Assembly: GCA_049942775.1 (NCBI GenBank)
Contig: CP188087.1
Coordinates: forward strand, 240,001 to 272,000
Source: Candidatus Saccharimonadota bacterium
Lineage (GTDB): Bacteria; Pseudomonadota; Gammaproteobacteria; Enterobacterales; Enterobacteriaceae
Direction: 5' to 3'
DNA: 32,000 bases
The notes beneath the pieces were generated by a model that saw only the letters and a list, made by a program, of their open reading frames with translations, searched no databases and was not told the origin of the DNA. Shown here one piece after another: positions 20,571-31,253 of the stretch (positions are counted from its first letter, which is position 1; the number at the start of each line of letters is the position of its first letter). Position numbers and translations under genes: made by a program.

Positions 20571-21311
20571 ATGAAAGAAAAAGTGCAAAAGATATTAGCT
20601 AATGCTGGATTTGGTTCTAGAAGAGATTTAGAAAAAAAAATTTATTTAAAAAAATTATATATCAATAATAATTTAGTAAAGATTGGCATGAGAATAAATT
20701 CAAACGATATAAAAAGTTTTATTTTAGATAAAAAAAAAATACATTTTAAAAGAAAAATATCGTTTCCACCTAAAGTCCTTTTGTATCATAAAAAAAATGG
20801 AGAAATTTGTAGTAATTCAACTAAAGAAAAAAAAAATACAGTATTTCAAAAAATACCAAAATTAAAATATGGAAAATGGATTTTAATAGGAAGATTAGAT
20901 TTAAATTCATCAGGTCTTTTATTATTTACTTCTAGTGGAAAATTGGCGAACTCTTTAATGCATCCTAAATATAGGATAGAAAGGAAATACAAAGTTAGAG
21001 TATTTAGTAAAATTGATAGTGAAAAAAAAATAAATATTCTAAAAAATGGTATAAAATTAAAAGATGGGTTTTCTAAATTTAAATATATTAAATTTTTTAG
21101 TGGAAAAGGACAAAATAAATGGTATATAGTTTCTTTAAATAAAGGAAAAAATAGAGAAATCAGAAGAATGTGGACACATGTCAATTGTCAAGTAAATAAA
21201 TTGATTAGAATTAGCTTTGGAAATGTTAAATTACCAAAAAATTTATTACCAGGTTGTTATAGAGAACTTGATCAATTAGAAATAAAAAAAAAATTTAAGT
21301 TGTTCAGCTAA
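20571..21311 (+). CDS. rluB: 23S rRNA pseudouridine(2605) synthase RluB
   Basis: 246 aa. The S4 domain N-terminus KVQKILANAGFGSRRDLEKKI matches E. coli KLQKVLARAGHGSRREIE. The catalytic GRLDLNSSGLLLFT is present, along with NREIRRMW. The basic C-terminal tail of E. coli RluB is absent. Confidence 0.87.
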   Translation: MKEKVQKILANAGFGSRRDLEKKIYLKKLYINNNLVKIGMRINSNDIKSFILDKKKIHFKRKISFPPKVLLYHKKNGEICSNSTKEKKNTVFQKIPKLKYGKWILIGRLDLNSSGLLLFTSSGKLANSLMHPKYRIERKYKVRVFSKIDSEKKINILKNGIKLKDGFSKFKYIKFFSGKGQNKWYIVSLNKGKNREIRRMWTHVNCQVNKLIRISFGNVKLPKNLLPGCYRELDQLEIKKKFKLFS

Positions 21312-21441
21312 TATTTAAATATTTTAAAAAATGTTTAAAAAAATTTTTATAAACTTTTATAGTTTATTATAAAATTGAATACAATTGGAAAATAATTATT
21401 TAAGTTAAGCTTTAAATATCTGATAGAATTGAGTAAAAGTT

Positions 21442-24015
21442 ATGAAAAAATCTTTAGTTATAGTTGAATCTCCGGCTAAATCAAAAACTATTAATCGTTA
21501 TTTAGGAGATAGATATTTAGTTAAATCTTGTTTTGGTCATATAAGAGATTTACCTGTTAATTCTTCAAAAAATAAAAAAATAATAAAAAAAAAAAATAAA
21601 GTATCTTTATTAGGATTTGAAAAAGAAAATTTATTTAATAAAATAGGGGTTGATCCTTATAAAAATTGGAAAGCTGAATACTCAATTCTTCCAGGAAAAA
21701 AAAAAATAATTAAAGAACTAAAAAGAATTTCACGAGAAGTAGAACACATATATTTAGCTACAGATTTAGATAGAGAAGGTGAAGCAATTGCATGGCATTT
21801 AAAAGAAGTATTAGGAGAAAAAAATCATAAATTCAGTCGAATTATATTTAATGAAATAACTAAAGAATCTATTTTAAAAGCATTTAAAAAACCATGTTTA
21901 TTAAATATGCATAGAGTGAATTCACAACAAGCTAGAAGGTTTATGGATAGAATTGTAGGTTATATGATTTCGCCTTTATTATGGGAAAAAATTTCTAGAG
22001 GTTTGTCAGCTGGTCGAGTACAATCTGTAGTTGTAAAAATGATTGTAGATAGAGAAAATTTAATACGAAATTTTATTCCTAAAAAAAGTTGGAAAATACA
22101 AGTTACTGTATGTAATGAAAAAAATCAATTACTAAAAATGATGGTTACTAATTACAAAAAAAAAAAAATAAAAATAGAAAGTTTTAAAAAAGCTGAAAAT
22201 TTTTTAAAAAAAATTAAATCTTCTAAATTTTATGTTTCTTCAATCGAAGATTCAATATTATACCAATCACCTAATCCTCCTTTTACTACTTCAACTTTGC
22301 AGCAATATTCTAATATTTATTTAGGTTTTGGAGTAAATAAAACCATGTTTCTTGCGCAAAAATTGTATGAATCAGGATATATTACATATATTCGAACAGA
22401 TTCAACAAATATCAGTGAAAAGGCTGTAATAAAAACAAGAAACTATATTCTTAATAAATTTGGAAAATTATATTTACCTAAAATTAGTTTTAATAATAAG
22501 AATAAATATAAAAAAAATCATGAACTAGGAGCACATGAGGGAATTCGTCCAACAAATGTATTAATAAACAAAAATAATTTAAAATTAGTTGAAAAAAGTA
22601 TAAAAGAACTATATTCACTGATTCGTTGTAGATTTATTGCTTCTCAGATAAAATCCGCTAAGTATAAATTACAAAAAATAATTTTAGAATCAGGTGATTT
22701 TCAGTTATTTCATAAATATAAAGTTTTAGTATTTGATGGGTGGAAAAAAGTTATAAATTATTCTGATGTAGAAAAATGTAAAAATAAATTTTTAACATGT
22801 ATAGGAAAACAAGTAAATTTAAATTCTGTATCTGTACAACAAATTATATCTAATGCACCTACTAGATTTAGTGAAGCAACTCTAGTAAAAGAACTAGAAA
22901 AAAAAAGAATTGGAAGACCTTCTACTTATGCATCTATCATATCTACGATACAAAATCGTGGATATGTACATGTTAAAAACAATAAATTTTATTCTAAAAA
23001 AATGGGAGAAATTGTTACAGATCGTTTAAAAAATTCTTTTAAAAACTTAATGAATTATAAATTTACAGCAGAAATGGAAGATAAACTTGATCAAATTGAT
23101 AATAATTTGATTAATTGGAAAATAGTTTTAAATAGTTTTTTTTATAGTTTTTATAAACAATTTAAACAAGCAATTAAATCACCAAAATTAGGTGGTATGA
23201 TACCAAATAAAATTATTTTAACAAATATAAATTGTGCTAGATGTTTTAAAAAAATGGTTATAAGAACAGCAATTACTGGAATTTTTTTATCTTGTTCTAA
23301 TTATGAAAAATTTAAAAAAAAGTGCAAGTATACAATATCTTTAATTCCAGAAAAAGATTTTTTATCAAAAAAAAATACAGCTAATTTTAAACGTAAAATA
23401 TGTAATTCGTGTAAATCAAATATGGATTTATATTTTATTAATTTTACATTAATGTTATTCATTTGCAGTAATAATTTGTATTGTTCAGAGTTCATAATAG
23501 AAAAAAATAATGATTTTAAAAATTATTTTTTAAAAAATAAAAAAAGTATAAAATGTAATTTTTGTAATTCAAATATGGTTCTAAAATTTGGAAAGTTTGG
23601 AAAATTTTTAAAATGTTCACATCATGATTGCAAAAATACAAAGAACATAAATAATGCACAAAAAAGTTTATTTAAAATTAAACCTATTATACTTCCCAAT
23701 TTACTATGTGAAAAATCTAATGCATGTTTTGTATTAAGATCTGGAGTTTCTGGAATTTTTTTTGCAGCAAGTACTTTTCCAAAATCTAAAGAAACCAGAA
23801 CTCCTTTTATTGAAGAACTCGTTCGATTTAGAAATTTATTACCAAAAGAAATTTTATATTTAACAGATGCTCCAATAGTTGACAATGAGGGAAATAAAAC
23901 AATATTAAGATTTAATAAAAAAGAAAAAATTCAGTTTGTAGGTTCTAAAAAAAATGGAAAATTTACTTCTTGGAAGAGATATTTTATTAATGGAAAATGG
24001 AATATACAAAATTAA
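21442..24015 (+). CDS. topA: DNA topoisomerase I
   Basis: 857 aa. The Toprim region has LVIVESPAKSKTI and ATDLDREGEAIAWH. The catalytic Tyr context is ESGYITYIRTDS. Three C-terminal tetracysteine zinc-ribbon motifs are present (CARC...CSNYEKFKKKC, CNSC...CSNNLYC, CNFC...CSHHDC). Confidence 0.95.
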   Translation: MKKSLVIVESPAKSKTINRYLGDRYLVKSCFGHIRDLPVNSSKNKKIIKKKNKVSLLGFEKENLFNKIGVDPYKNWKAEYSILPGKKKIIKELKRISREVEHIYLATDLDREGEAIAWHLKEVLGEKNHKFSRIIFNEITKESILKAFKKPCLLNMHRVNSQQARRFMDRIVGYMISPLLWEKISRGLSAGRVQSVVVKMIVDRENLIRNFIPKKSWKIQVTVCNEKNQLLKMMVTNYKKKKIKIESFKKAENFLKKIKSSKFYVSSIEDSILYQSPNPPFTTSTLQQYSNIYLGFGVNKTMFLAQKLYESGYITYIRTDSTNISEKAVIKTRNYILNKFGKLYLPKISFNNKNKYKKNHELGAHEGIRPTNVLINKNNLKLVEKSIKELYSLIRCRFIASQIKSAKYKLQKIILESGDFQLFHKYKVLVFDGWKKVINYSDVEKCKNKFLTCIGKQVNLNSVSVQQIISNAPTRFSEATLVKELEKKRIGRPSTYASIISTIQNRGYVHVKNNKFYSKKMGEIVTDRLKNSFKNLMNYKFTAEMEDKLDQIDNNLINWKIVLNSFFYSFYKQFKQAIKSPKLGGMIPNKIILTNINCARCFKKMVIRTAITGIFLSCSNYEKFKKKCKYTISLIPEKDFLSKKNTANFKRKICNSCKSNMDLYFINFTLMLFICSNNLYCSEFIIEKNNDFKNYFLKNKKSIKCNFCNSNMVLKFGKFGKFLKCSHHDCKNTKNINNAQKSLFKIKPIILPNLLCEKSNACFVLRSGVSGIFFAASTFPKSKETRTPFIEELVRFRNLLPKEILYLTDAPIVDNEGNKTILRFNKKEKIQFVGSKKNGKFTSWKRYFINGKWNIQN

Positions 24016-24105
24016 TATTTTTTATTGTTCTCATTTGTTCTTTATAATTAAATTTTATTTAATTTAAAAAATTTTTAAATAAATATTTATTAAAAAAAAT
24101 AATAA

Positions 24106-25101
<996 letters not shown>

Positions 25102-25169
25102 AACAAAACAATTTTTTACAAAAAAAAAACTAAAATATATATTTTTTTTTGAATAATTTTTTTAATTTT

Positions 25170-25961
25170 TTATAAAAGGTCTTTTATTTTTTTTTGTATT
25201 ATACGAATAAATTTATAATTTCCTATTAATGCAATTCCAGATTGAAGATAATTTGAACCACCATTAATGTCACATATTAACGAACCTGATTCTTTTAGTT
25301 GTAACTTTCCTGCTAAAAAAAAATATGGTTTAAAATTACAATGTAATAAAAAATCAAATCTACCATTTGCTATGTATGCTAAATCTAAAGTAGAGGAACC
25401 AGTGCAACGAAATTTAACTTTTTGTAATATAAGTAAATTAATAATTTTTAAATATAAAAATGAAAGTTTTTGATTTTTATGAATGTTGTCATTAATTGCT
25501 ATAGATGAAATAGAAAAACTATGAATTTCACTACATCTAATTCTATATCCATTTAATTGTGCTCCTTTTCCATTTATTGCAGTAAAAAGTTCATTTTTAA
25601 AAGGATCGTATATAGCAGATATAACAGTATTGTTCTTGATTTGTATAGCTATTGAAGTAGAAAAATGTGGTAAATTTTTTTTAAAATTATCTATTCCATC
25701 AATTGGATTAATTATCCAAACGATTGTTTTTTTTAGAAAAGTTTTATGAATCTTATATTGAGAATAAATAGTATGATCAGGATAAGATTTTTGAATAATT
25801 TCTATCATTTTATTTTGGACAACATTAATAACATTTGTAATAAAATGATCATTTTTTTTTTTATCTAAATTAATTATATTTTTTTTTAAATCGTATTTTT
25901 GTATTAATAAATTTCCACTGTTACGAACTGCTCGTATTGCAATGTTTAACATTGGATACAT
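25170..25961 (-). CDS. suhB: Inositol monophosphatase family protein SuhB
   Basis: The track ORF extends to 26027. I prefer the ATG at 25961 because MYPMLNIAIRAVRNSGN aligns to E. coli SuhB MHPMLNIAVRAARKAGN and AGGAG (complement of 25971-25975) precedes it. The metal-binding motif WIINPIDGIDNF is present. Confidence 0.87.
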   Translation of the reverse strand: MYPMLNIAIRAVRNSGNLLIQKYDLKKNIINLDKKKNDHFITNVINVVQNKMIEIIQKSYPDHTIYSQYKIHKTFLKKTIVWIINPIDGIDNFKKNLPHFSTSIAIQIKNNTVISAIYDPFKNELFTAINGKGAQLNGYRIRCSEIHSFSISSIAINDNIHKNQKLSFLYLKIINLLILQKVKFRCTGSSTLDLAYIANGRFDFLLHCNFKPYFFLAGKLQLKESGSLICDINGGSNYLQSGIALIGNYKFIRIIQKKIKDLL

Positions 25962-26131
25962 AAATTTTTTCTCCTGAAATTCATATTTTAAACATTTTTT
26001 CAATCTAGATTTTTTTTGATCTAACAAAAATTTTTTAAAATTTATTCAATAATTTTGATTAGATTAACAGTAATTAAAGTTAATTTATACATTTTTTTGT
26101 TCTTGAAATTGAAATTTAATTTAGGTGTTAT

Positions 26132-27210
26132 ATGTCAAATAAAATATTAAAGTCTTGTTTTGTTCCAGAAAAAATAAATTTATTAAATTTAAATCATAAA
26201 AATTTATGCCACCTTTTTTTAAAATTAGGAGAACCATGTTTTAGAGCAGAACAAGTTATGAAATGGATTTACAATTATTATTGCGATGATTTCATGAAAA
26301 TGAATAACTTGAAAAAAAAATTAAGACATAAATTAAATGAAATTGCTGTAATATCTCCTCCTAAATTTAAAAAAAAAAAAAATCAATTGATGGAACGATA
26401 AAATGGAATGTTTCTATTAATTCAAAATCAGTAGAAACCGTTTATATTCCAGAAATAAATAGATCTACTTTGTGTGTTTCTTCTCAAGTTGGTTGTGCTT
26501 TAAAATGTCAATTTTGTTTAACTGGTCAACAAGGATTTAGTTGTAATTTGAATGTTTCTCAAATAATAGGACAACTATGGACTGTGTCAAAAATGTTTTT
26601 TAAAGGTAATAAAGATATTCCTTTTCCAATTACTAATGTTGTGTTTATGGGTATGGGAGAACCTTTATTAAATTTTAAAAATCTTGTTACTTCTTTGGAA
26701 ATTATGTTAGATAAGCTTGCTTTTGGATTATCTAAACATCGTGTAACAGTTTCTACTGTAGGAATAGTTCCAGCAATAAATAAACTAAGTACTTTAATTG
26801 ATGTTTCCCTAGCAATTTCTTTACATGCTCCCAATGACATTATTAGAAACGATTTAGTTCCTACTAATAAAAAATATAATATATCTTCAATATTAGAATC
26901 TGTAAAAAAATATCTTATTCATTCTACTGCTAATCGTAATAAAGTAACGATAGAATACGTTATGTTAGATTCAATTAATGATAGTCTACAACATGCACAA
27001 GAATTATTTTCTATATTAAGAGAAATTCCTGTAAAAATTAATTTGATTCCTTGGAATAAATTTAAAACATCGAAATTTCGTTCTAGTAGTTTTAATAAAA
27101 TAAAAGAATTTTCTAATTTTTTAAGAAAGAAAGGAATTGTAACTACTATTAGAAAAAATCGTGGTTTTGATATTTATGCAGCTTGTGGACAATTATCTAG
27201 TAAAACATAA
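26132..27210 (+). pseudogene. rlmN: 23S rRNA/tRNA m2A methyltransferase RlmN (radical SAM), interrupted by a frameshift at a 14-A tract
   Basis: Two track ORFs (26132-26401 and 26470-27210) in different frames are collinear with a single E. coli RlmN. The first has FRAEQVMKWIYNYYCDDF. After the tract, the second frame reads SIDGTIKWNVSI...VETVYIPE...STLCVSSQVGCALKCQFC...MGMGEPLLN...ISLHAPN...IEYVMLD...NLIPWN...AACGQL. The 26470 start is just an in-frame TTG, not a real start. Confidence 0.85.
26369..26382 (+). repeat. A14 homopolymer at the rlmN frameshift point
   Basis: Counted directly: A at 26369-26382, flanked by T26368 and T26383. The upstream frame enters at codon position 1 of 26369. 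The downstream frame resumes at TCA 26383. A run of 12 or 15 A would join the two frames. Confidence 0.9.
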
Positions 27211-27437
27211 ATATTTCTTAGTTATTTTTTTCAAAATAAATAAATTTTTTTTAATTTATATGACAAATGATAAAAATATTTTTTTTTGTTCTTAAATTTA
27301 AAAAAACTATTGTAATTTAATTAGAAAAAAAATTTTAGAAAATTTTTTTTGTTAGTTTTTAGTTAAATTAATTTTATTAATGTTTTAATTCATTTTTCTT
27401 TTTTTAGATTTTTATCAATTTTTTTAAGGAGAAATTA

Positions 27438-28712
27438 GTGGATCATAAGTTTCAGTCAATGAGAGGTATACATGATTATTTACCAAAGGATATATATATT
27501 TGGAACTATATAGAAAAAACTGTAAAAAAAATTTTAAAAAATTATTGTTATTCAGAAATACGTATTCCAATTATGGAAAAAACTGTTCTATTTAAAAAAA
27601 CGATAGGAAGTGTTACTGATATTTTCGAAAAAGAAATGTATTCTTTTGTAGATTTAGGCGGAAACAAGGTTTCTTTAAGACCAGAGGGGACAGCAGGTTG
27701 TGTTAGAGCTTGTATAGAAAATGGATTACTACATAATCAAGTTCAAAAATTATGGTATTTAGGACCAATGTTTCGATATGAAAGACCTCAAAAAGGAAGA
27801 TATCGACAATTTTATCAATTTGGAGTAGAAACGTTTGGTTTATTTGGTATTGAAATAGATTTAGAATTGATTTTAATCACAGTTCGTTTATGGAAAAAAT
27901 TAAATATTTTAAATAAATTAAAATTAGAAATTAATTCTATTGGTTCTAAAACATCAAGGTCTTTATATGAATCTGATTTAAAAAATTTTTTACATAAAAA
28001 TAAATTTTTTTTAGATAAAAAGAGTATATTAAGAATGTATAGAAACCCTATTAGGGTTTTGGATAGTAAAGATAAAAACACTCAAAAAATTTTAAAAGAT
28101 GCTCCTATTTTCAAAAACTATCTAGACAATATTTCTATTTTTCGTTTTAAAAATTTGTGTTCTTTTCTAGATGAATTAAAAATAAAATATGAAATAAACA
28201 ATAATTTAGTAAGAGGTTTAGATTATTACAACGATACTGTTTTTGAATGGAAGACTGATAATAATTTAGGATCTACAAAAACTATATGTGCAGGAGGTAG
28301 ATATGATAAATTAGTTGAAAATATTAGTGGTAAATTTGTTCCTGCAATGGGTTTTGCTATAGGAATGGAAAGATTAATTTTAACTTATAAAAGTTTGTCT
28401 ATTATAAAAAAAATTAATTCTAATTCTAGATTAGATATTAATATTATTATATCGGAATTAGATTCTGAATATTTAGAATTAGTTGAAAATATTAGAAATG
28501 ATTTTTCTAATTTAAAAATAAAAATAAATTTTTTGAAAATTAATAAAAAGAAAGAATTTAAATTTTTAAAAGATACAACAATTAGTATTGTTTTATTAAT
28601 TTTAAAAAAAAATAAAAAATCAAAAAAAATTATTTTAAAAAATTTTAAAAATGGTGAAATTAAAATTATTGTTTATAAAGACGTTAAAAAAATATTAAAA
28701 AGCATCTTTTAA
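27438..28712 (+). CDS. hisS: Histidine--tRNA ligase
   Basis: 424 aa with a GTG start after AAGGAG. Class II motifs are present: LRPEGTAGCVRA, GPMFRYERPQKGRYRQFYQFG, RGLDYYNDTVFEW and CAGGRYD. The C-terminal anticodon-binding region is very Lys/Ile-rich but of normal length. Confidence 0.95.
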   Translation: MDHKFQSMRGIHDYLPKDIYIWNYIEKTVKKILKNYCYSEIRIPIMEKTVLFKKTIGSVTDIFEKEMYSFVDLGGNKVSLRPEGTAGCVRACIENGLLHNQVQKLWYLGPMFRYERPQKGRYRQFYQFGVETFGLFGIEIDLELILITVRLWKKLNILNKLKLEINSIGSKTSRSLYESDLKNFLHKNKFFLDKKSILRMYRNPIRVLDSKDKNTQKILKDAPIFKNYLDNISIFRFKNLCSFLDELKIKYEINNNLVRGLDYYNDTVFEWKTDNNLGSTKTICAGGRYDKLVENISGKFVPAMGFAIGMERLILTYKSLSIIKKINSNSRLDINIIISELDSEYLELVENIRNDFSNLKIKINFLKINKKKEFKFLKDTTISIVLLILKKNKKSKKIILKNFKNGEIKIIVYKDVKKILKSIF

Positions 28713-28760
28713 ATATCTGTTCTTATTATAAAAAATCATTTTTTTAATTAAGGAAAAAAT

Positions 28761-30014
28761 ATGTTTTTTTCTAAACTTAAACTTTTTGAATATGATTTAC
28801 AATTATGGAATTCCATAAAAAAAGAAAAAAAAAGACAAGAAAACTATATTCAATTAATAGCTTCAGAAAATTATGCAAGTTTATGTGTTATGGAAGCACA
28901 GGGATCACAATTAACTAATAAATATGCCGAAGGTTATCCTGGAAAACGTTATTATGAAGGATGTAAATATGTTGATGAAATAGAAGAATTAGCTATAAAT
29001 CGAGCAAAAAAATTATTTAATGTCGATTATGCTAACGTTCAACCACATTCAGGATCTCAAGCTAATTTCGCAATTTATCAAGCATTATTGTCTCCTGGTG
29101 ATACTATTTTAGGAATGAGTTTGTCCCATGGTGGACATTTAACACATGGTTCTCCAGTTAATTTTTCAGGAAAAATTTATAAATCCATATCATATAGTTT
29201 AAATAACAAAGAACAAATTAACTATGAAGAAATACGTTTTTTAGCAAAACAACATAAACCGAAATTAATTATTGGAGGATTTTCCTCATACTCAAGGATA
29301 TGTAATTGGAAAAGAATGAGAGAAATAGCAGATGAAGTAAATTCATATCTTTTAATTGATATGGCACATATTGCTGGTTTAGTAGCAGCTGATTTATATC
29401 CTAGTCCTGTTGATTATGCTCATTTTGTTACCTCAACTACTCATAAAACTTTAGGTGGTCCTCGAGGAGGTTTAATATTATCTAATTGTAAAAATTTAGA
29501 ATTATATAAAAAAGTAGATTCTTCTGTTTTTCCTGGAACACAAGGCGGTCCATTAATGCATGTAATTGCAGCTAAAGCAGTGTCTTTTAAAGAAGCTTTA
29601 AATCCTATTTTTAAAAAATATCAAAAACAAATTTTAAAAAATACAAAATATATGTCTGATTTATTTCTTGAAAAAGGATATAATATAATTTCTGGAGGAA
29701 CCGATAGTCATCTTTTTTTATTAAATTTAAAAAATAAAAACATTACTGGTAAAGATGCAAGTGAAATTTTAAATAAAGCTAACATTATAGTAAACAAAAA
29801 TTCAATTCCTAACGATTCTAGAAATGCTTTTGTTACTTCAGGAATTAGAATAGGAACTCCTTCTATTACCAGAAGAGGTTTTAAAAAACCGGAAATTAAA
29901 AAAATTTCATTTTTAATAATGAGAATTTTAGATAATTATAAAAACAAAAATACTATACGTTTAGTAAAAAATGAAGTTTTATCTTTATGTTCAAAATTTC
30001 CTATGTACTATTGA
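28761..30014 (+). CDS. glyA: Serine hydroxymethyltransferase
   Basis: 417 aa. Motifs [38 protein letters not shown] and the PLP-lysine context [14 protein letters not shown] are present. Confidence 0.96.
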   Translation: MFFSKLKLFEYDLQLWNSIKKEKKRQENYIQLIASENYASLCVMEAQGSQLTNKYAEGYPGKRYYEGCKYVDEIEELAINRAKKLFNVDYANVQPHSGSQANFAIYQALLSPGDTILGMSLSHGGHLTHGSPVNFSGKIYKSISYSLNNKEQINYEEIRFLAKQHKPKLIIGGFSSYSRICNWKRMREIADEVNSYLLIDMAHIAGLVAADLYPSPVDYAHFVTSTTHKTLGGPRGGLILSNCKNLELYKKVDSSVFPGTQGGPLMHVIAAKAVSFKEALNPIFKKYQKQILKNTKYMSDLFLEKGYNIISGGTDSHLFLLNLKNKNITGKDASEILNKANIIVNKNSIPNDSRNAFVTSGIRIGTPSITRRGFKKPEIKKISFLIMRILDNYKNKNTIRLVKNEVLSLCSKFPMYY

Positions 30015-30120
30015 AAAATAGTGTTTTATGTTAAAAAAAATTTTTAATCATTTTAAGTTAATAATGTTTTATTAAAAATAAATAATATTTTTTTGTTTCT
30101 AATAAGAATAATTGTTATTG

Positions 30121-30153
30121 AAATATCTCTCCTTATTCAAGGAAGAGATATTT
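30121..30153. terminator. G:C-containing stem-loop between convergent glyA and bioB
   Basis: AAATATCTCT-CC (30121-30132) pairs with GG-A-AGAGATATTT (30141-30153). This gives 10 + 2 bp with one bulged A and an 8-nt loop TTATTCAA. It is the only G/C-containing structure in a 210-bp AT spacer. No clear U-tract follows on either strand, so the terminator function is uncertain. Confidence 0.35.
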
Positions 30154-30224
30154 AGATAAAAAAATTTAAATTTAAAAAAAATATAATAAATAAAAAATAT
30201 TTTTATTAAAAACTATTTATAAAA

Positions 30225-31253
30225 TTATAAGGCTGCATTATAAAAATTTTGTGTTTTTGTTAAATCAGAATCTAAAAAATTTATTTTTTTCTTTTTGTCT
30301 TTTTCTTTTATTGTTTTTCTTTGGATTTTTAAGTTTAATTTTTTAAATAAATTCAGATCATCTTTTTCATTTGGATTAGCTGTAGTTAATAATTTACATC
30401 CATAAAATATAGAATTAACACCTGCCATAAAGCACATGGCTTGGGTTTGGTTATTCATTTGTTTTCTTCCAGCTGAAAGACGAATATAAGAAGTTGGCAT
30501 CATAATTCTAGTAATTGCTACTATTTTAATAAAATCAAACGGATCAATTTTGTTATTTTTTTCTAGTGGCGTTCCTGGAACAGGAACTAACATATTAATT
30601 GGAATACTTTCTGGATTTTTTTTAAAACTAGATAATTCTAATAGTAATTTAATTCTATCTTCTAATTTTTCTCCCATTCCTAAAATTCCTCCAGAACAAA
30701 CCTTTATTCCATATTTTTGCACAAAATTAATTGTAGTTATTCTTTCGTTATAATGTCTAGTTGTTATAATTTTTTTATAGAACTCTCTTGAAGTATCCAA
30801 ATTATGATTATAAAAATCCAAACCAGCAATTGCTAATTTGTTTGCTTGAATTTCTGTTAATGATCCCAAAGTCATGCATGTTTCCAGCCCTAACTTTTTG
30901 ATTTCTTTAATAATTTTTTGTAAATATGGAATATCTCTATTTTTTGGATTTTTCCATGCTGCTCCCATACAAAATCTAGTCGATCCAATTGATTTTGCTT
31001 TTTTAGCAGCATTGAGAACATCTTTGATTTTAAGTAATGATTCTTTTTTAATTTCTGTTGTATATCTAGAGCTTTGAGGACAATATTTACAGTCTTCAGG
31101 ACAAGATCCAGTTTTTATAGAAAGCAAAGTACTAATTTGTATTTCTTGAGGATTAAAATGTTTTCTATGTACTTTTTGAGCTTCAAACATCAAATTAAAA
31201 AATGGTTTTTTTGTTAATTCAATCGCTTTTTCATAATTCCAATATTTTTTCAT
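30225..31253 (-). CDS. bioB: Biotin synthase (radical SAM)
   Basis: The track starts at TTG 31265; the ATG at 31253 ([26 protein letters not shown]) is more likely. Motifs [45 protein letters not shown] and [13 protein letters not shown] are present. The C-terminal YNAAL matches E. coli ...YYNAAAL. Confidence 0.95.
   Translation of the reverse strand: MKKYWNYEKAIELTKKPFFNLMFEAQKVHRKHFNPQEIQISTLLSIKTGSCPEDCKYCPQSSRYTTEIKKESLLKIKDVLNAAKKAKSIGSTRFCMGAAWKNPKNRDIPYLQKIIKEIKKLGLETCMTLGSLTEIQANKLAIAGLDFYNHNLDTSREFYKKIITTRHYNERITTINFVQKYGIKVCSGGILGMGEKLEDRIKLLLELSSFKKNPESIPINMLVPVPGTPLEKNNKIDPFDFIKIVAITRIMMPTSYIRLSAGRKQMNNQTQAMCFMAGVNSIFYGCKLLTTANPNEKDDLNLFKKLNLKIQRKTIKEKDKKKKINFLDSDLTKTQNFYNAAL

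Noticed and set aside
23200-23650. Possible degeneration of the TopA C-terminal zinc-ribbon domains
   Set aside because: All three tetracysteine motifs (CxxC...C...C) are present in order, so there is no evidence of domain loss.
26470-27210. Track ORF treated as an independent 246-aa gene starting at 26470
   Set aside because: The start is an in-frame TTG (Leu in STLCVSS). The frame is open back to the A14 tract and continues the RlmN alignment, so this is the downstream part of frameshifted rlmN and not a separate gene.
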